A model generated the notes under the pieces. The model was not told the DNA's origin. It did no database searches and saw only the letters and a list, made by a program, of their open reading frames with translations. Shown here piece after piece: positions 1 to 7,260 of a stretch of 38,278 nucleotides of DNA (its first letter is position 1; each line of letters starts with the position of its first letter). This DNA is from a virus (lineage: Duplodnaviria > Caudoviricetes), in IMG/VR virus record IMGVR_UViG_3300025635_000072, positions 1-38,278 of that record, one strand, 5' to 3'. The translations under genes and the position numbers were made by a program.

Positions 1-348
1 ACCCATTATTTTATGGGATTTTCTCAAAATAGAGACGTTGTGAAGCTGGCAAATAATAACGGGTTCACAATTAATCTTTCTGCGAACAATCTTGAACATG
101 CTGATATCCTTATGGGTATGAATATCGGTCCCGTTGTAGTCATCCAGGACGCCAAGGAAGGCACTAGGGCTGATACCCATACTCCGGCTGGTCATAAGGT
201 TGTTACCTGTCCTGCGACCTATATGGAGGCTGTTACGTGCCAAACGTGCAAGCTATGTGCTAGGGCTGATCGAAAGGTTATTGTTGGGTTTCCTGCCCAT
301 GGTAATGCTAAAAACAAGGTATTACAAATTTCTAAAGGGCATGGGTGA
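1..348 (+). CDS. Cys-rich phage protein (gp88/DUF7227-like), 5'-truncated by the window edge
   Basis: Frame is open from base 1 (THYFMGF...). Motifs GFTINLSAN, VTCPAT, TCQTCKLC and IVGFPAHG resemble this phage family. Confidence 0.55.
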   Translation, partial: THYFMGFSQNRDVVKLANNNGFTINLSANNLEHADILMGMNIGPVVVIQDAKEGTRADTHTPAGHKVVTCPATYMEAVTCQTCKLCARADRKVIVGFPAHGNAKNKVLQISKGHG

Positions 349-355
349 TTTTCTA

Positions 356-384
356 TTGACATAGGAATACGGATAGCCTATTAT
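356..384 (+). promoter_or_regulatory. sigma70-type early promoter
   Basis: TTGACA-17 nt-TATTAT, followed by an RBS (AAGGA) and ATG at 430. Confidence 0.75.
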
Positions 385-429
385 ACCTTCATAGACAGAA
401 ACAGAAACCGACATATAAGGATTAGTAAA

Positions 430-636
430 ATGGCTCTCATTCCTCCCCCAAAATTGTTTCGTTTTAATTTTATCTTTTGGCGGTTTGAATTGAGTATTGA
501 AAATTCTGATTTTCCCGAAACGTGGTATTGTCAGGCCGAGGATACTGAACATGCTCTTGAACAATTTCATGATGCATATCCAGAAGCCAAACGGGAATAT
601 TGGACCTTTGATTGGGATTCAAATTATTATGAATAA
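430..636 (+). CDS. hypothetical early protein
   Basis: ORF with RBS directly downstream of a promoter. Confidence 0.65.
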   Translation: MALIPPPKLFRFNFIFWRFELSIENSDFPETWYCQAEDTEHALEQFHDAYPEAKREYWTFDWDSNYYE

Positions 637-832
637 TATCGGAAAAATTATTGGATATACCCTCAGTTTTCTGGAATGGGCCGTGACTTCCAATGGCTGG
701 GATTTTGATGAACGGAATGAATATTATTCAGATAGTGATATAGAAAAATTACAATCTCGATTATTGGAATTACATTCGGATAAGAGAAAGTATACAGATA
801 TTGGATTAATCTACGATATTGAGGAAGAATGA
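629..832 (+). CDS. hypothetical acidic protein (start revised from 497 to ATG 629)
   Basis: ATG overlaps the end of the upstream gene; followed by a terminator-like hairpin. Confidence 0.55.
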   Translation: MNNIGKIIGYTLSFLEWAVTSNGWDFDERNEYYSDSDIEKLQSRLLELHSDKRKYTDIGLIYDIEEE

Positions 833-846
833 AATAAAATAGAAAT

Positions 847-875
847 ACCCTGCTAGACATTGAATCTAGCAGGGT
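847..875. terminator. hairpin between convergent transcription units
   Basis: ACCCTGCTAGA-cattgaa-TCTAGCAGGGT, a perfect 11-bp stem; the A-rich left flank gives a U-rich tail on the minus strand. Confidence 0.7.
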
Positions 876-912
876 GAAATGAATCTATAACGAATCTAAA
901 TAAAAAGATAAA

Positions 913-988
913 TGGCGAAAGTGGAAGGAATCGAACCTTCATCTCAAGTTTTGGAGACTCGCGCTCTAGGCCATTGAGCTACACTAAC
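913..988 (-). tRNA. tRNA-Trp(CCA)
   Basis: Reverse complement GTTAGTGTAGCTCAATGGCCTAGAGCGCGAGT-CTCCAAA-ACTTGAGATGAAGGTTCGATTCCTTCCACTTTCGCCA folds as a cloverleaf with encoded CCA and two U-U mismatches in the acceptor stem. Confidence 0.9.
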
Positions 989-1003
989 ATAATTATTTAT
1001 TAT

Positions 1004-1138
1004 TTATTCAAATTTTAATACTTCATCCCAGAATTGAGTATCCTGGCCGATGAATCTCATGTATTCATCATATTCTTCTTTAGTATATTCTTCTTCATAT
1101 ACTTCCTCGCATTGAACCTGGGTATCAAAATCATCCAT
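1004..1138 (-). CDS. 44-aa highly acidic small protein (not in ORF track)
   Basis: MDDFDTQVQCEEVYEEEYTKEEYDEYMRFIGQDTQFWDEVLKFE; RBS AAGGA and its own sigma70 promoter. Confidence 0.7.
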   Translation of the reverse strand: MDDFDTQVQCEEVYEEEYTKEEYDEYMRFIGQDTQFWDEVLKFE

Positions 1139-1172
1139 GGTTTTATTCCTTCTTTCTCTCTCTGATAAAAGG

Positions 1173-1201
1173 ATCATACTGGATTAGGCTTATAGAGTCA
1201 A
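1173..1201 (-). promoter_or_regulatory. sigma70-type early promoter
   Basis: TTGACT-17 nt-TATGAT on the minus strand. Confidence 0.75.
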
Positions 1202-1234
1202 CCATAAAGTATGATAAAATGACTCTATAAGCCT
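1186..1234. repeat. 15-bp perfect inverted repeat overlapping the -35 element
   Basis: AGGCTTATAGAGTCA (1186-1200) / TGACTCTATAAGCCT (1220-1234). Confidence 0.85.
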
Positions 1235-1250
1235 TATTAGATAATCCATA

Positions 1251-1556
1251 TTAGACGTATGGATATGCCGTTGCCTTCAATCCGATACCGATGGCTTCCC
1301 GATAGGCCATAAGGTCCATAGCGCGATCCTGAAGGGCGGCAAGGGTGGTCCGGGCATCACAGGTTGGCATGTCTCGGACTTCGCGCTTTAGGAAACGAAT
1401 TACCCGAACGGTCGATTCATATTCCTTACGCCATTGGTCCCGCTTACGAATCCAATTACTATTTGCCTTGCGTTGTTCCGCCGATACCTTTACATTAGAA
1501 TGATTCGGGATTCGGCCGGAAGTAGAAATATCAGATTGGTTTTCAATATCATCCAT
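1251..1556 (-). CDS. hypothetical early protein (helical)
   Basis: 101-aa ORF, RBS AAGGA upstream, co-oriented with neighbours. Confidence 0.7.
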   Translation of the reverse strand: MDDIENQSDISTSGRIPNHSNVKVSAEQRKANSNWIRKRDQWRKEYESTVRVIRFLKREVRDMPTCDARTTLAALQDRAMDLMAYREAIGIGLKATAYPYV

Positions 1557-1587
1557 GTTTTCAATCCTTATTTGATATTAGAAATTT

Positions 1588-1627
1588 CTAATGGGATAGG
1601 AACAATTCATAAACCCTATCCCATTAG
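1588..1627. repeat. 13-bp intergenic inverted repeat (hairpin)
   Basis: CTAATGGGATAGG / CCTATCCCATTAG with a 14-nt loop. Confidence 0.8.
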
Positions 1628-1640
1628 GTAGGCGATGGTA

Positions 1641-2195
1641 TTAGGCTTCCGTCGTGGCTTCCGTCGTGGCTTCCGTCGTGGCTTCCGTCGTGTCTTCCAT
1701 GCCAGTCTGGGCAACCTCCTGGGCAACCTCCTGGGCAACCTCCTGGGCAACCTCCTGGGCAACCTCCTGGGCAACCTCCTGGGCAGTTTCCGCCACGGTA
1801 TCGGCCAGGATCACAACGCTATTGCTATCATCCTGGGACGATGCGACATTGTTGTGAGTGAACCACACATGAGCGGTTTCAATCGCCTTCACGAAAGCCT
1901 TGGCTTCCTCCATCGTAAGGTCCGGGTTGATGGTCTGATTATCATTCCCATCTTCAATGAAAACGTCAAACAAGACACGCGCGAAGCGCCGATTCGGACT
2001 GCGACGAATGGTAGCAATCATGTTGGGATTACCAGTCAAAGCAATCATGCAATCTTCCAGGCTTGCCGCAACCTGCCCGGTAAGGGCTTCCTCATTCGCG
2101 GTAATGCGAACCCGGTCTTCATGCTTGCGAGCATAACGGCCACCATGAAGATCAGCGGCGACAACGGCATTGTTGGTTTCGGTAGAAGCGTTCAT
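1641..2195 (-). CDS. hypothetical early protein with acidic C-terminal AQEV and TTEA repeats
   Basis: 184-aa ORF, RBS AAGGA, promoter at 2264-2292. Confidence 0.8.
   Translation of the reverse strand: MNASTETNNAVVAADLHGGRYARKHEDRVRITANEEALTGQVAASLEDCMIALTGNPNMIATIRRSPNRRFARVLFDVFIEDGNDNQTINPDLTMEEAKAFVKAIETAHVWFTHNNVASSQDDSNSVVILADTVAETAQEVAQEVAQEVAQEVAQEVAQEVAQTGMEDTTEATTEATTEATTEA
1644..1691. repeat. 12-bp tandem repeat x4 (GGCTTCCGTCGT; encodes TTEA)
   Basis: Read directly from the sequence. Confidence 0.95.
1707..1785. repeat. 12-bp tandem repeat x6.6 (CTGGGCAACCTC; encodes EVAQ)
   Basis: Read directly from the sequence. Confidence 0.95.
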
Positions 2196-2263
2196 AATGT
2201 ATAATTCCTTATGTTTTGTTTCACAGAGTAGGAAGAAGAACCATTCCGCTTCCTATGAGAGAG

Positions 2264-2292
2264 ATATTAGTCGATTAGATTTTCCTAGTCAA
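2264..2292 (-). promoter_or_regulatory. sigma70-type early promoter
   Basis: TTGACT-17 nt-TAATAT on the minus strand. Confidence 0.7.
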
Positions 2293-2324
2293 GATATTTT
2301 TTGCAGGATTTTCAATCTTTATTT

Positions 2325-2717
2325 TTAGATGACATCCTTCAAGGCATTCTTGATCGCAGAAAATTTCATAGCCTTAAATTCCGTCTTTATCAATGAGGAA
2401 TTAAATGTATTCGCTGGCAATGTCAGCATTTCCCCCTTGACAGTTTCAAAAGTGATCATACGCGGATAAGACGCGGTATCCACGTTGTTTGTGATACTGC
2501 GGATAATAATAGGATATTGATTCCCGCTCCTAAATGTCCATACTGTATTAACCTCAAATACGGTATTATTTGCGGCATTTGAAGGAGTCTTAATATTTGA
2601 AGGAGTCTTAATATTTGAAGGAGTCTTAATATTTGAAGGAGTCTTAATTACTGCCTCAAAGCCTGACGGGCCGGATGAAATTGTCACGCGGGGTTGGATT
2701 TTTGTATCAAACGTCAT
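2325..2717 (-). CDS. hypothetical early protein with IKTPSN repeats
   Basis: 130-aa ORF, RBS AAGGA, promoter at 2759-2787. Confidence 0.75.
   Translation of the reverse strand: MTFDTKIQPRVTISSGPSGFEAVIKTPSNIKTPSNIKTPSNIKTPSNAANNTVFEVNTVWTFRSGNQYPIIIRSITNNVDTASYPRMITFETVKGEMLTLPANTFNSSLIKTEFKAMKFSAIKNALKDVI
2577..2648. repeat. 18-bp tandem repeat x4 (ATTTGAAGGAGTCTTAAT; encodes IKTPSN)
   Basis: Read directly from the sequence. Confidence 0.95.
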
Positions 2718-2758
2718 TTTCTATTCCTTCATGTCTCTTTAGCGGTTTCGATACAAGG

Positions 2759-2787
2759 AATATAGCCAATAGACATACCATTGTCAA
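2759..2787 (-). promoter_or_regulatory. sigma70-type early promoter
   Basis: TTGACA-17 nt-TATATT on the minus strand. Confidence 0.75.
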
Positions 2788-2932
2788 CGGAATTTTTAAG
2801 GGAATATGATGAAAGATTCTATTGACATTCTCGGATGAATATGAGAAATTAGTTTTATGAAAACGAGTCTAAAAATAGAGAATAATGTCAGGAAAAAGAT
2901 TCACTATTGACTGAAAAATAGCGAAATAATGC

Positions 2933-2961
2933 TTGACATTCCTGTTTTTTCTCGGTATACT
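2933..2961 (+). promoter_or_regulatory. sigma70-type early promoter
   Basis: TTGACA-17 nt-TATACT. Confidence 0.8.
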
Positions 2962-3019
2962 TAATTTGTCAAAATGAAACAGATAATAGTTACTATAGAG
3001 AGAAATAGGAATTAATAAA

Positions 3020-3547
3020 ATGGATATTGTAATATGCAATAGGCGTGGAGTAGAAAGAACCATTAGACAGGTGAAGGCTACCCATGTAATCAGTTTACTT
3101 GATCCTGATGTATTTGCTTTCGTCCCTGATGAAATTAATATATCCAGGACATTCATACCTATCATTCATAATGTCCAGAAAATTAGAATCGTGATGAAAG
3201 ATGAAATTGATCCAAATATATCATTTGCTCCAAAAATAGAACAAATAAAAAGTATATTGGATTGGGCCAAGGATTTAGTCAATAATGAGATAATTATCGT
3301 CCATTGTGAGGCTGGTATTTCAAGGAGTCCAGCCATGGCATTAGGATTGCTTGTTCAAAGATTTGGACGAAATGAGATTGATTTTGCAATTACTAGACTA
3401 TTACAGATTCGTCCACACTGTTTCCCTAATGAATTAATTATTAGACATTGTGATGAATTGTTGGGATGTAATGGCGAATTGATTAATAAGGTTAATTCTC
3501 GAATTTGGAGTAAGATACCAATTATAGGACAATTTAATGCAGGATAA
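3020..3547 (+). CDS. protein tyrosine/dual-specificity phosphatase (CX5R family)
   Basis: Catalytic loop VHCEAGISRS; N-terminal THVISLLDP; C-terminal RPxxxPN. Confidence 0.85.
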   Translation: MDIVICNRRGVERTIRQVKATHVISLLDPDVFAFVPDEINISRTFIPIIHNVQKIRIVMKDEIDPNISFAPKIEQIKSILDWAKDLVNNEIIIVHCEAGISRSPAMALGLLVQRFGRNEIDFAITRLLQIRPHCFPNELIIRHCDELLGCNGELINKVNSRIWSKIPIIGQFNAG

Positions 3548-3550
3548 TGA

Positions 3551-3579
3551 TTGACACTCAGAGGATATCGGTCTATATT
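3551..3579 (+). promoter_or_regulatory. sigma70-type early promoter
   Basis: TTGACA-17 nt-TATATT. Confidence 0.75.
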
Positions 3580-3625
3580 GTATTCATAGAAACAAGCCGG
3601 AATAACTCTATAAAGGATTTTTGTT

Positions 3626-4492
3626 TTGATCGTTCAAAAGCGTGTGTTGAATGTTGTTCCTGATAATACCAATAATAACTCGGGTATTATTCGGCCTTCT
3701 ACTATTGTTAATAAGGCTCCTGAGACAAAGCAAGAAACGGATGATGAAATTGATTTTCGTATTCGGGAACGGTTTGAAGTGTTGGCCGATCTGACTGATA
3801 TGGTTATCGGCGGATTTAGTCGGAGTCTCATTGTGTCCGGTCCTGCTGGTGTGGGTAAGTCCTACACTGTAGAAGAAAAAATGCGTAATTACGACTCTGA
3901 TAAGTATACTATCAGTCGTGGGTTTATTCGTCCTACTGGCCTTTATAAGCTATTGTTTGAAAATTCTGGATCGGGTGATATCCTAATTCTGGATGACTCG
4001 GATTGTGTCTTCATGGATGAAATTAGTCTTTCTCTCATGAAGGCGGCATGTGATACAACTGAGGAACGTGTTATTTCTTGGCGCGCTGAAACCAATATGC
4101 GAACGGAGGATGGCGAACCATTGCCTACTTCTTTTGAATATAATGGTGGTATGATCTTTATCACTAATACGGATTTTGATGCTGTTGCCAATAGCAAGGA
4201 TAAATTGGCGCCGCATGTTGGTGCGATGGTTTCCCGTTCGGATTATATTGAATTGGGAATGAAGACTCGGCGCCATTATCTAATTCGTATTAAGCAAGTA
4301 ATCTATGAACATGATATGTTGTCTGATAAGTTGGACAAGTCTCAAATTGAGGATGTTGTGGGATTTATCAGTAATAATCTCAATAGTCTTCGGGAAGTTT
4401 CCTTGCGAACGGCGGTAAAGATTAGTAATGCAATTCAGGCTAATCCCAAGGGTTGGGAACGTCAGTGTCGCATTACTTGCTGCAATGGGTAA
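3626..4492 (+). CDS. AAA-type P-loop ATPase
   Basis: Walker A GPAGVGKS, Walker B ILILDDSD, sensor-like IFITN, arginine-finger-like SR; TTG start with RBS AAGGA. Confidence 0.85.
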   Translation: MIVQKRVLNVVPDNTNNNSGIIRPSTIVNKAPETKQETDDEIDFRIRERFEVLADLTDMVIGGFSRSLIVSGPAGVGKSYTVEEKMRNYDSDKYTISRGFIRPTGLYKLLFENSGSGDILILDDSDCVFMDEISLSLMKAACDTTEERVISWRAETNMRTEDGEPLPTSFEYNGGMIFITNTDFDAVANSKDKLAPHVGAMVSRSDYIELGMKTRRHYLIRIKQVIYEHDMLSDKLDKSQIEDVVGFISNNLNSLREVSLRTAVKISNAIQANPKGWERQCRITCCNG

Positions 4493-4517
4493 TAATACAT
4501 AACTAAGGATTTATATT

Positions 4518-4589
4518 ATGGATAATAAGTTTGATTTTGAACAATGCGATAATCCCATTCTGGGATTATCGCATGGAGTATTGTCGTAA
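4518..4589 (+). CDS. 23-aa possible leader peptide containing a perfect hairpin
   Basis: TAAGGATTTATATT-ATG start; MDNKFDFEQCDNPILGLSHGVLS*; stop overlaps the next ATG (TAATG). Confidence 0.4.
   Translation: MDNKFDFEQCDNPILGLSHGVLS
4544..4574. repeat. 14-bp perfect inverted repeat
   Basis: ATGCGATAATCCCA-ttc-TGGGATTATCGCAT, directly before the GGAG RBS of ORF 4589. Confidence 0.9.
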
Positions 4590-4927
4590 TGGAAACTAAA
4601 TCTGATCCAAGATATGAAAAGCTAAAGGCACTAGTTGATAAGTATAATGAGTATCTAGATTTCTGGGGGGATCTCTGCCTAGGATTTGAATGTGAAGTGC
4701 GAAGGTTCAATGGTGGAGAATGGATTATTAGTGAGATAGATAGTCCCTCTGTAATTTATTCTGTAGAAGATTTTAAGCGTATTGTTAATGTGGATTTTCC
4801 TAATGCGATTAGGAAGCATCTTGATAAAATTACGATTACTAATAAATCTAATAGAATTACTCGCAAGATTAAGGAATTTCTTACGGATGATGAATATTCT
4901 CACTATAGAACATACATGAGTAAGTAA
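4589..4927 (+). CDS. hypothetical protein
   Basis: 112-aa ORF with GGAG RBS. Confidence 0.7.
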   Translation: METKSDPRYEKLKALVDKYNEYLDFWGDLCLGFECEVRRFNGGEWIISEIDSPSVIYSVEDFKRIVNVDFPNAIRKHLDKITITNKSNRITRKIKEFLTDDEYSHYRTYMSK

Positions 4928-4947
4928 TTTATAAAGGAAAAAGTAAC

Positions 4948-5718
4948 ATGGGAATTTTCAATATTATTCTAAAAAATTATCATAATTTTCAGGACGGGCG
5001 AGGCAAGGTTAAGGCCCGCCGTCATAAGAATGGTGGTGGCTGGGTTGCTGATACCGCCTTTGTATCATCCAGTGATACCTACATTGATAAGGACGCTAAG
5101 GTAAGTGATTTTGCTATCATAGATGGTAAATCTAAAATTATTGGTAAAGTAGATATTAGTGGTAAGACTTATATTGATAGCTCTACTATTAGAAATAATG
5201 TTTGTTCTAAACATTCCTCGTTAACTATTAAAGATAATGTTACTATTAGTAAATCAGAAATTAATGTAAATCAGTTATATTTTGACTCTGCTGTATCTTT
5301 AACTGCGAATATCACAGATAAAGTTTATATTGGTAACTCAAAAATTAACATTATTACTCGCCCATATTCTAGAGTTTTGATTTCAAATGACGTAAAAATT
5401 AGGGATGTAACCACTGATATTCCCACTTCATTAATTGGCAATTATGAAATTAATGATCCTATCTATTGGGTAACATTACCTAAAAATGTTATTGTAACAT
5501 CCCTACGGCATAAAAATAAAATTTTAATTGATGATAACAATTTTTCATTTATTGATGCCGCAACTGCAATTAATAATATAAAAAATCATAGAGATAGTCT
5601 CTATCTTTCTAATAAAGAAATGATTACTTCTATTGAATACCTAGTTTTGATGGAAAGTCAGAGAGAGAAACAGAGAGAGAGGCAAGAATACCCTAAAAAC
5701 TTGAAACATTTTGATTGA
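4948..5718 (+). CDS. left-handed beta-helix (hexapeptide-repeat-like) protein
   Basis: N-terminal FQDGRGKVKARRHKNGGGWVADTA followed by repeated I/V-x-D/G-x-A/S-K-I strands. Confidence 0.7.
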   Translation: MGIFNIILKNYHNFQDGRGKVKARRHKNGGGWVADTAFVSSSDTYIDKDAKVSDFAIIDGKSKIIGKVDISGKTYIDSSTIRNNVCSKHSSLTIKDNVTISKSEINVNQLYFDSAVSLTANITDKVYIGNSKINIITRPYSRVLISNDVKIRDVTTDIPTSLIGNYEINDPIYWVTLPKNVIVTSLRHKNKILIDDNNFSFIDAATAINNIKNHRDSLYLSNKEMITSIEYLVLMESQREKQRERQEYPKNLKHFD

Positions 5719-5743
5719 CTCTGATATCTGATAATAGTATACT
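5715..5743 (+). promoter_or_regulatory. sigma70-type early promoter
   Basis: TTGACT-17 nt-TATACT. Confidence 0.75.
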
Positions 5744-5786
5744 CTGGTCATAGAAAGACATAGAAACATAAAGGATACCAAATCTG

Positions 5787-5969
5787 ATGAATAGGAATAT
5801 GAACGATTATAATGGTATTGCATACATTGAAGTCTGTATTAATGGATACTGGCAACAGATTTCCTCGGGAATGATTGGTAGTATCCAACAGGATTTGGAT
5901 CAACTGAAACGCAATTCTGGTGATCCATTGCGCGCGGTCGATTCCAATGGCCGATTGGTTGCAATGTAA
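5787..5969 (+). CDS. hypothetical small protein
   Basis: ORF after the promoter with AAGGA RBS. Confidence 0.65.
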   Translation: MNRNMNDYNGIAYIEVCINGYWQQISSGMIGSIQQDLDQLKRNSGDPLRAVDSNGRLVAM

Positions 5970-5993
5970 CTATTATTATAGGGATAATATATT

Positions 5994-6605
5994 ATGAACA
6001 TTACTCGTCTCACACATCTAATTACTGTTCTTGAGAATGTAATTGCGGCAAAGAAGAAGTTTAGTTTGGATAATTGGGTTTCAGTTAATCTAAAGGAAAA
6101 AAATCCTGCATGTGGCACAACGGCCTGTGTAATGGGCTATGCTGCATTGGACCCAAAGTTTAATAAGATGGGACTAAAGCTAGAAATTGATTATTATATT
6201 GAAAATAATTATACTGGTTCTAGCACCCGTATTTGCAAGAATGTCGCAAGTGTCAATACGTTTAATGAAGAAATTATGCGTATGCGACGAATTGAAAACT
6301 CCACCGATAAAGATATCTTTATTACTGACAAGACATTCGATGTCATCTATAAGATTGGTAATAAAGATGCACTAGGGTATAGTGCAGGAATGCGTGCAGG
6401 AATGCAATTTTTTGATATCGAATATGAAACAGCGGATTTGTTGTTTAGTCCAGGTGCCTATTCTCCAAACAACAGTGGCCCCCGCCGAGTAATTCAGCGT
6501 ATTCAATATCTTATTGCTAATGGAGAAGATAAGTTTCATAAAAAGTATGAACAATACACTTATAATTTTTCTATTCGCCGCCGCATTACTAATAATGGCA
6601 TGTAG
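5994..6605 (+). CDS. CGTTAC-motif phage protein, paralog A
   Basis: CGTTACVMGYAALDPKF; C-terminal VIQRIQYLIANGEDKF; paralogous to 7261-7788. Confidence 0.75.
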   Translation: MNITRLTHLITVLENVIAAKKKFSLDNWVSVNLKEKNPACGTTACVMGYAALDPKFNKMGLKLEIDYYIENNYTGSSTRICKNVASVNTFNEEIMRMRRIENSTDKDIFITDKTFDVIYKIGNKDALGYSAGMRAGMQFFDIEYETADLLFSPGAYSPNNSGPRRVIQRIQYLIANGEDKFHKKYEQYTYNFSIRRRITNNGM

Positions 6606-6621
6606 TTTAACGGTAGAATAA
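6547..6621 (+). CDS. 24-aa hydrophobic micro-ORF (overlaps 3' end of paralog A)
   Basis: MNNTLIIFLFAAALLIMACSLTVE*; shares a 23-nt exact segment with ORF 15644-15763. Confidence 0.3.
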   Translation: MNNTLIIFLFAAALLIMACSLTVE

Positions 6622-6637
6622 TTTAATGTAACTAAGA
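6596..6637 (+). pseudogene. possible 5'-half tRNA remnant
   Basis: TGGCATG-TA-GTTT-AACGGTA-GAAT matches the acceptor/D-arm pattern; weak anticodon arm (GTA); no T-arm. Confidence 0.35.
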
Positions 6638-6681
6638 TTTATAGTTTATAGTGTAATATATACAATTATAAACTATAAATC
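6636..6681. promoter_or_regulatory. 15-bp inverted repeat abutting the HNH translation start, containing TATAAAT
   Basis: GATTTATAGTTTATA (6636-6650) / TATAAACTATAAATC (6667-6681); GGAAG at 6682 and ATG at 6691. Confidence 0.7.
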
Positions 6682-6690
6682 GGAAGTATT

Positions 6691-7227
6691 ATGCCAAACT
6701 GTTTAAAATGTGAGATAAATTTCCCAATTTACCATAAAACACCTGATGGAAAATTACATAATTTATGTAAAAGAAAATATTGTCTTTTATGTTCCCCATT
6801 TGGGTTAAAAAATCGCCGTAAACTACATAATCCAGGGGTTTTACAATTAGGTGAAGAAATATCAACATGCCAAGAATGTGGTAACTCATTCGTTTATAAT
6901 AGAAAAGCTGGAAATAGAACTACTAAATGTGCTTCATGCTATCGTAGAGGTTCTAGAATTAAAATTAAAGAAAAGGCAGTTGACTATAAAGGTGGTTCTT
7001 GTGTAAAATGTGGCTATAATAAAAGTCTACGTGCCTTAGTTTTTCATCATCGTGATCCACACGAGAAAAATTTTGGTATCGGGGGAAATCGTTGCCGAGC
7101 ATGGAAAAAGATTCAAATAGAATTAGATAAGTGTGATCTTTTGTGTTCAAATTGTCATGATGAAGAACATGATAAAATGGATGATGATCGTCGATATAAA
7201 AATAGACTTAAAAATATAGTAATGTAA
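6691..7227 (+). CDS. HNH endonuclease with N-terminal zinc-finger motifs
   Basis: CVKCGY...LVFHHRDP...KCDLLCSNCHDEEH; additional CxxC pairs. Confidence 0.88.
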   Translation: MPNCLKCEINFPIYHKTPDGKLHNLCKRKYCLLCSPFGLKNRRKLHNPGVLQLGEEISTCQECGNSFVYNRKAGNRTTKCASCYRRGSRIKIKEKAVDYKGGSCVKCGYNKSLRALVFHHRDPHEKNFGIGGNRCRAWKKIQIELDKCDLLCSNCHDEEHDKMDDDRRYKNRLKNIVM

Positions 7228-7260
7228 TAACCATTTATATTAATGAAATAGGAGCAAGTA

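Noticed and set aside
913-988. Suppressor tRNA or stop-codon reassignment
   Set aside because: The anticodon is CCA (ordinary Trp), and core genes are full length under the standard bacterial code with all three stops used.
1635-2204. Plus-strand ORFs 1635-2204 and 1654-1857 (GFRR/LLGN and WATS repeats)
   Set aside because: These are shadow frames kept open by the tandem repeats; the minus-strand ORF has the RBS and promoter.
1644-2648. Possible CRISPR array suggested by the repeats
   Set aside because: Units are directly adjacent with no spacers, are multiples of 3 and lie inside ORFs; no cas genes are present.
2822-2850. TTGACA at 2822 as a promoter
   Set aside because: No acceptable -10 hexamer at 16-18 nt spacing.
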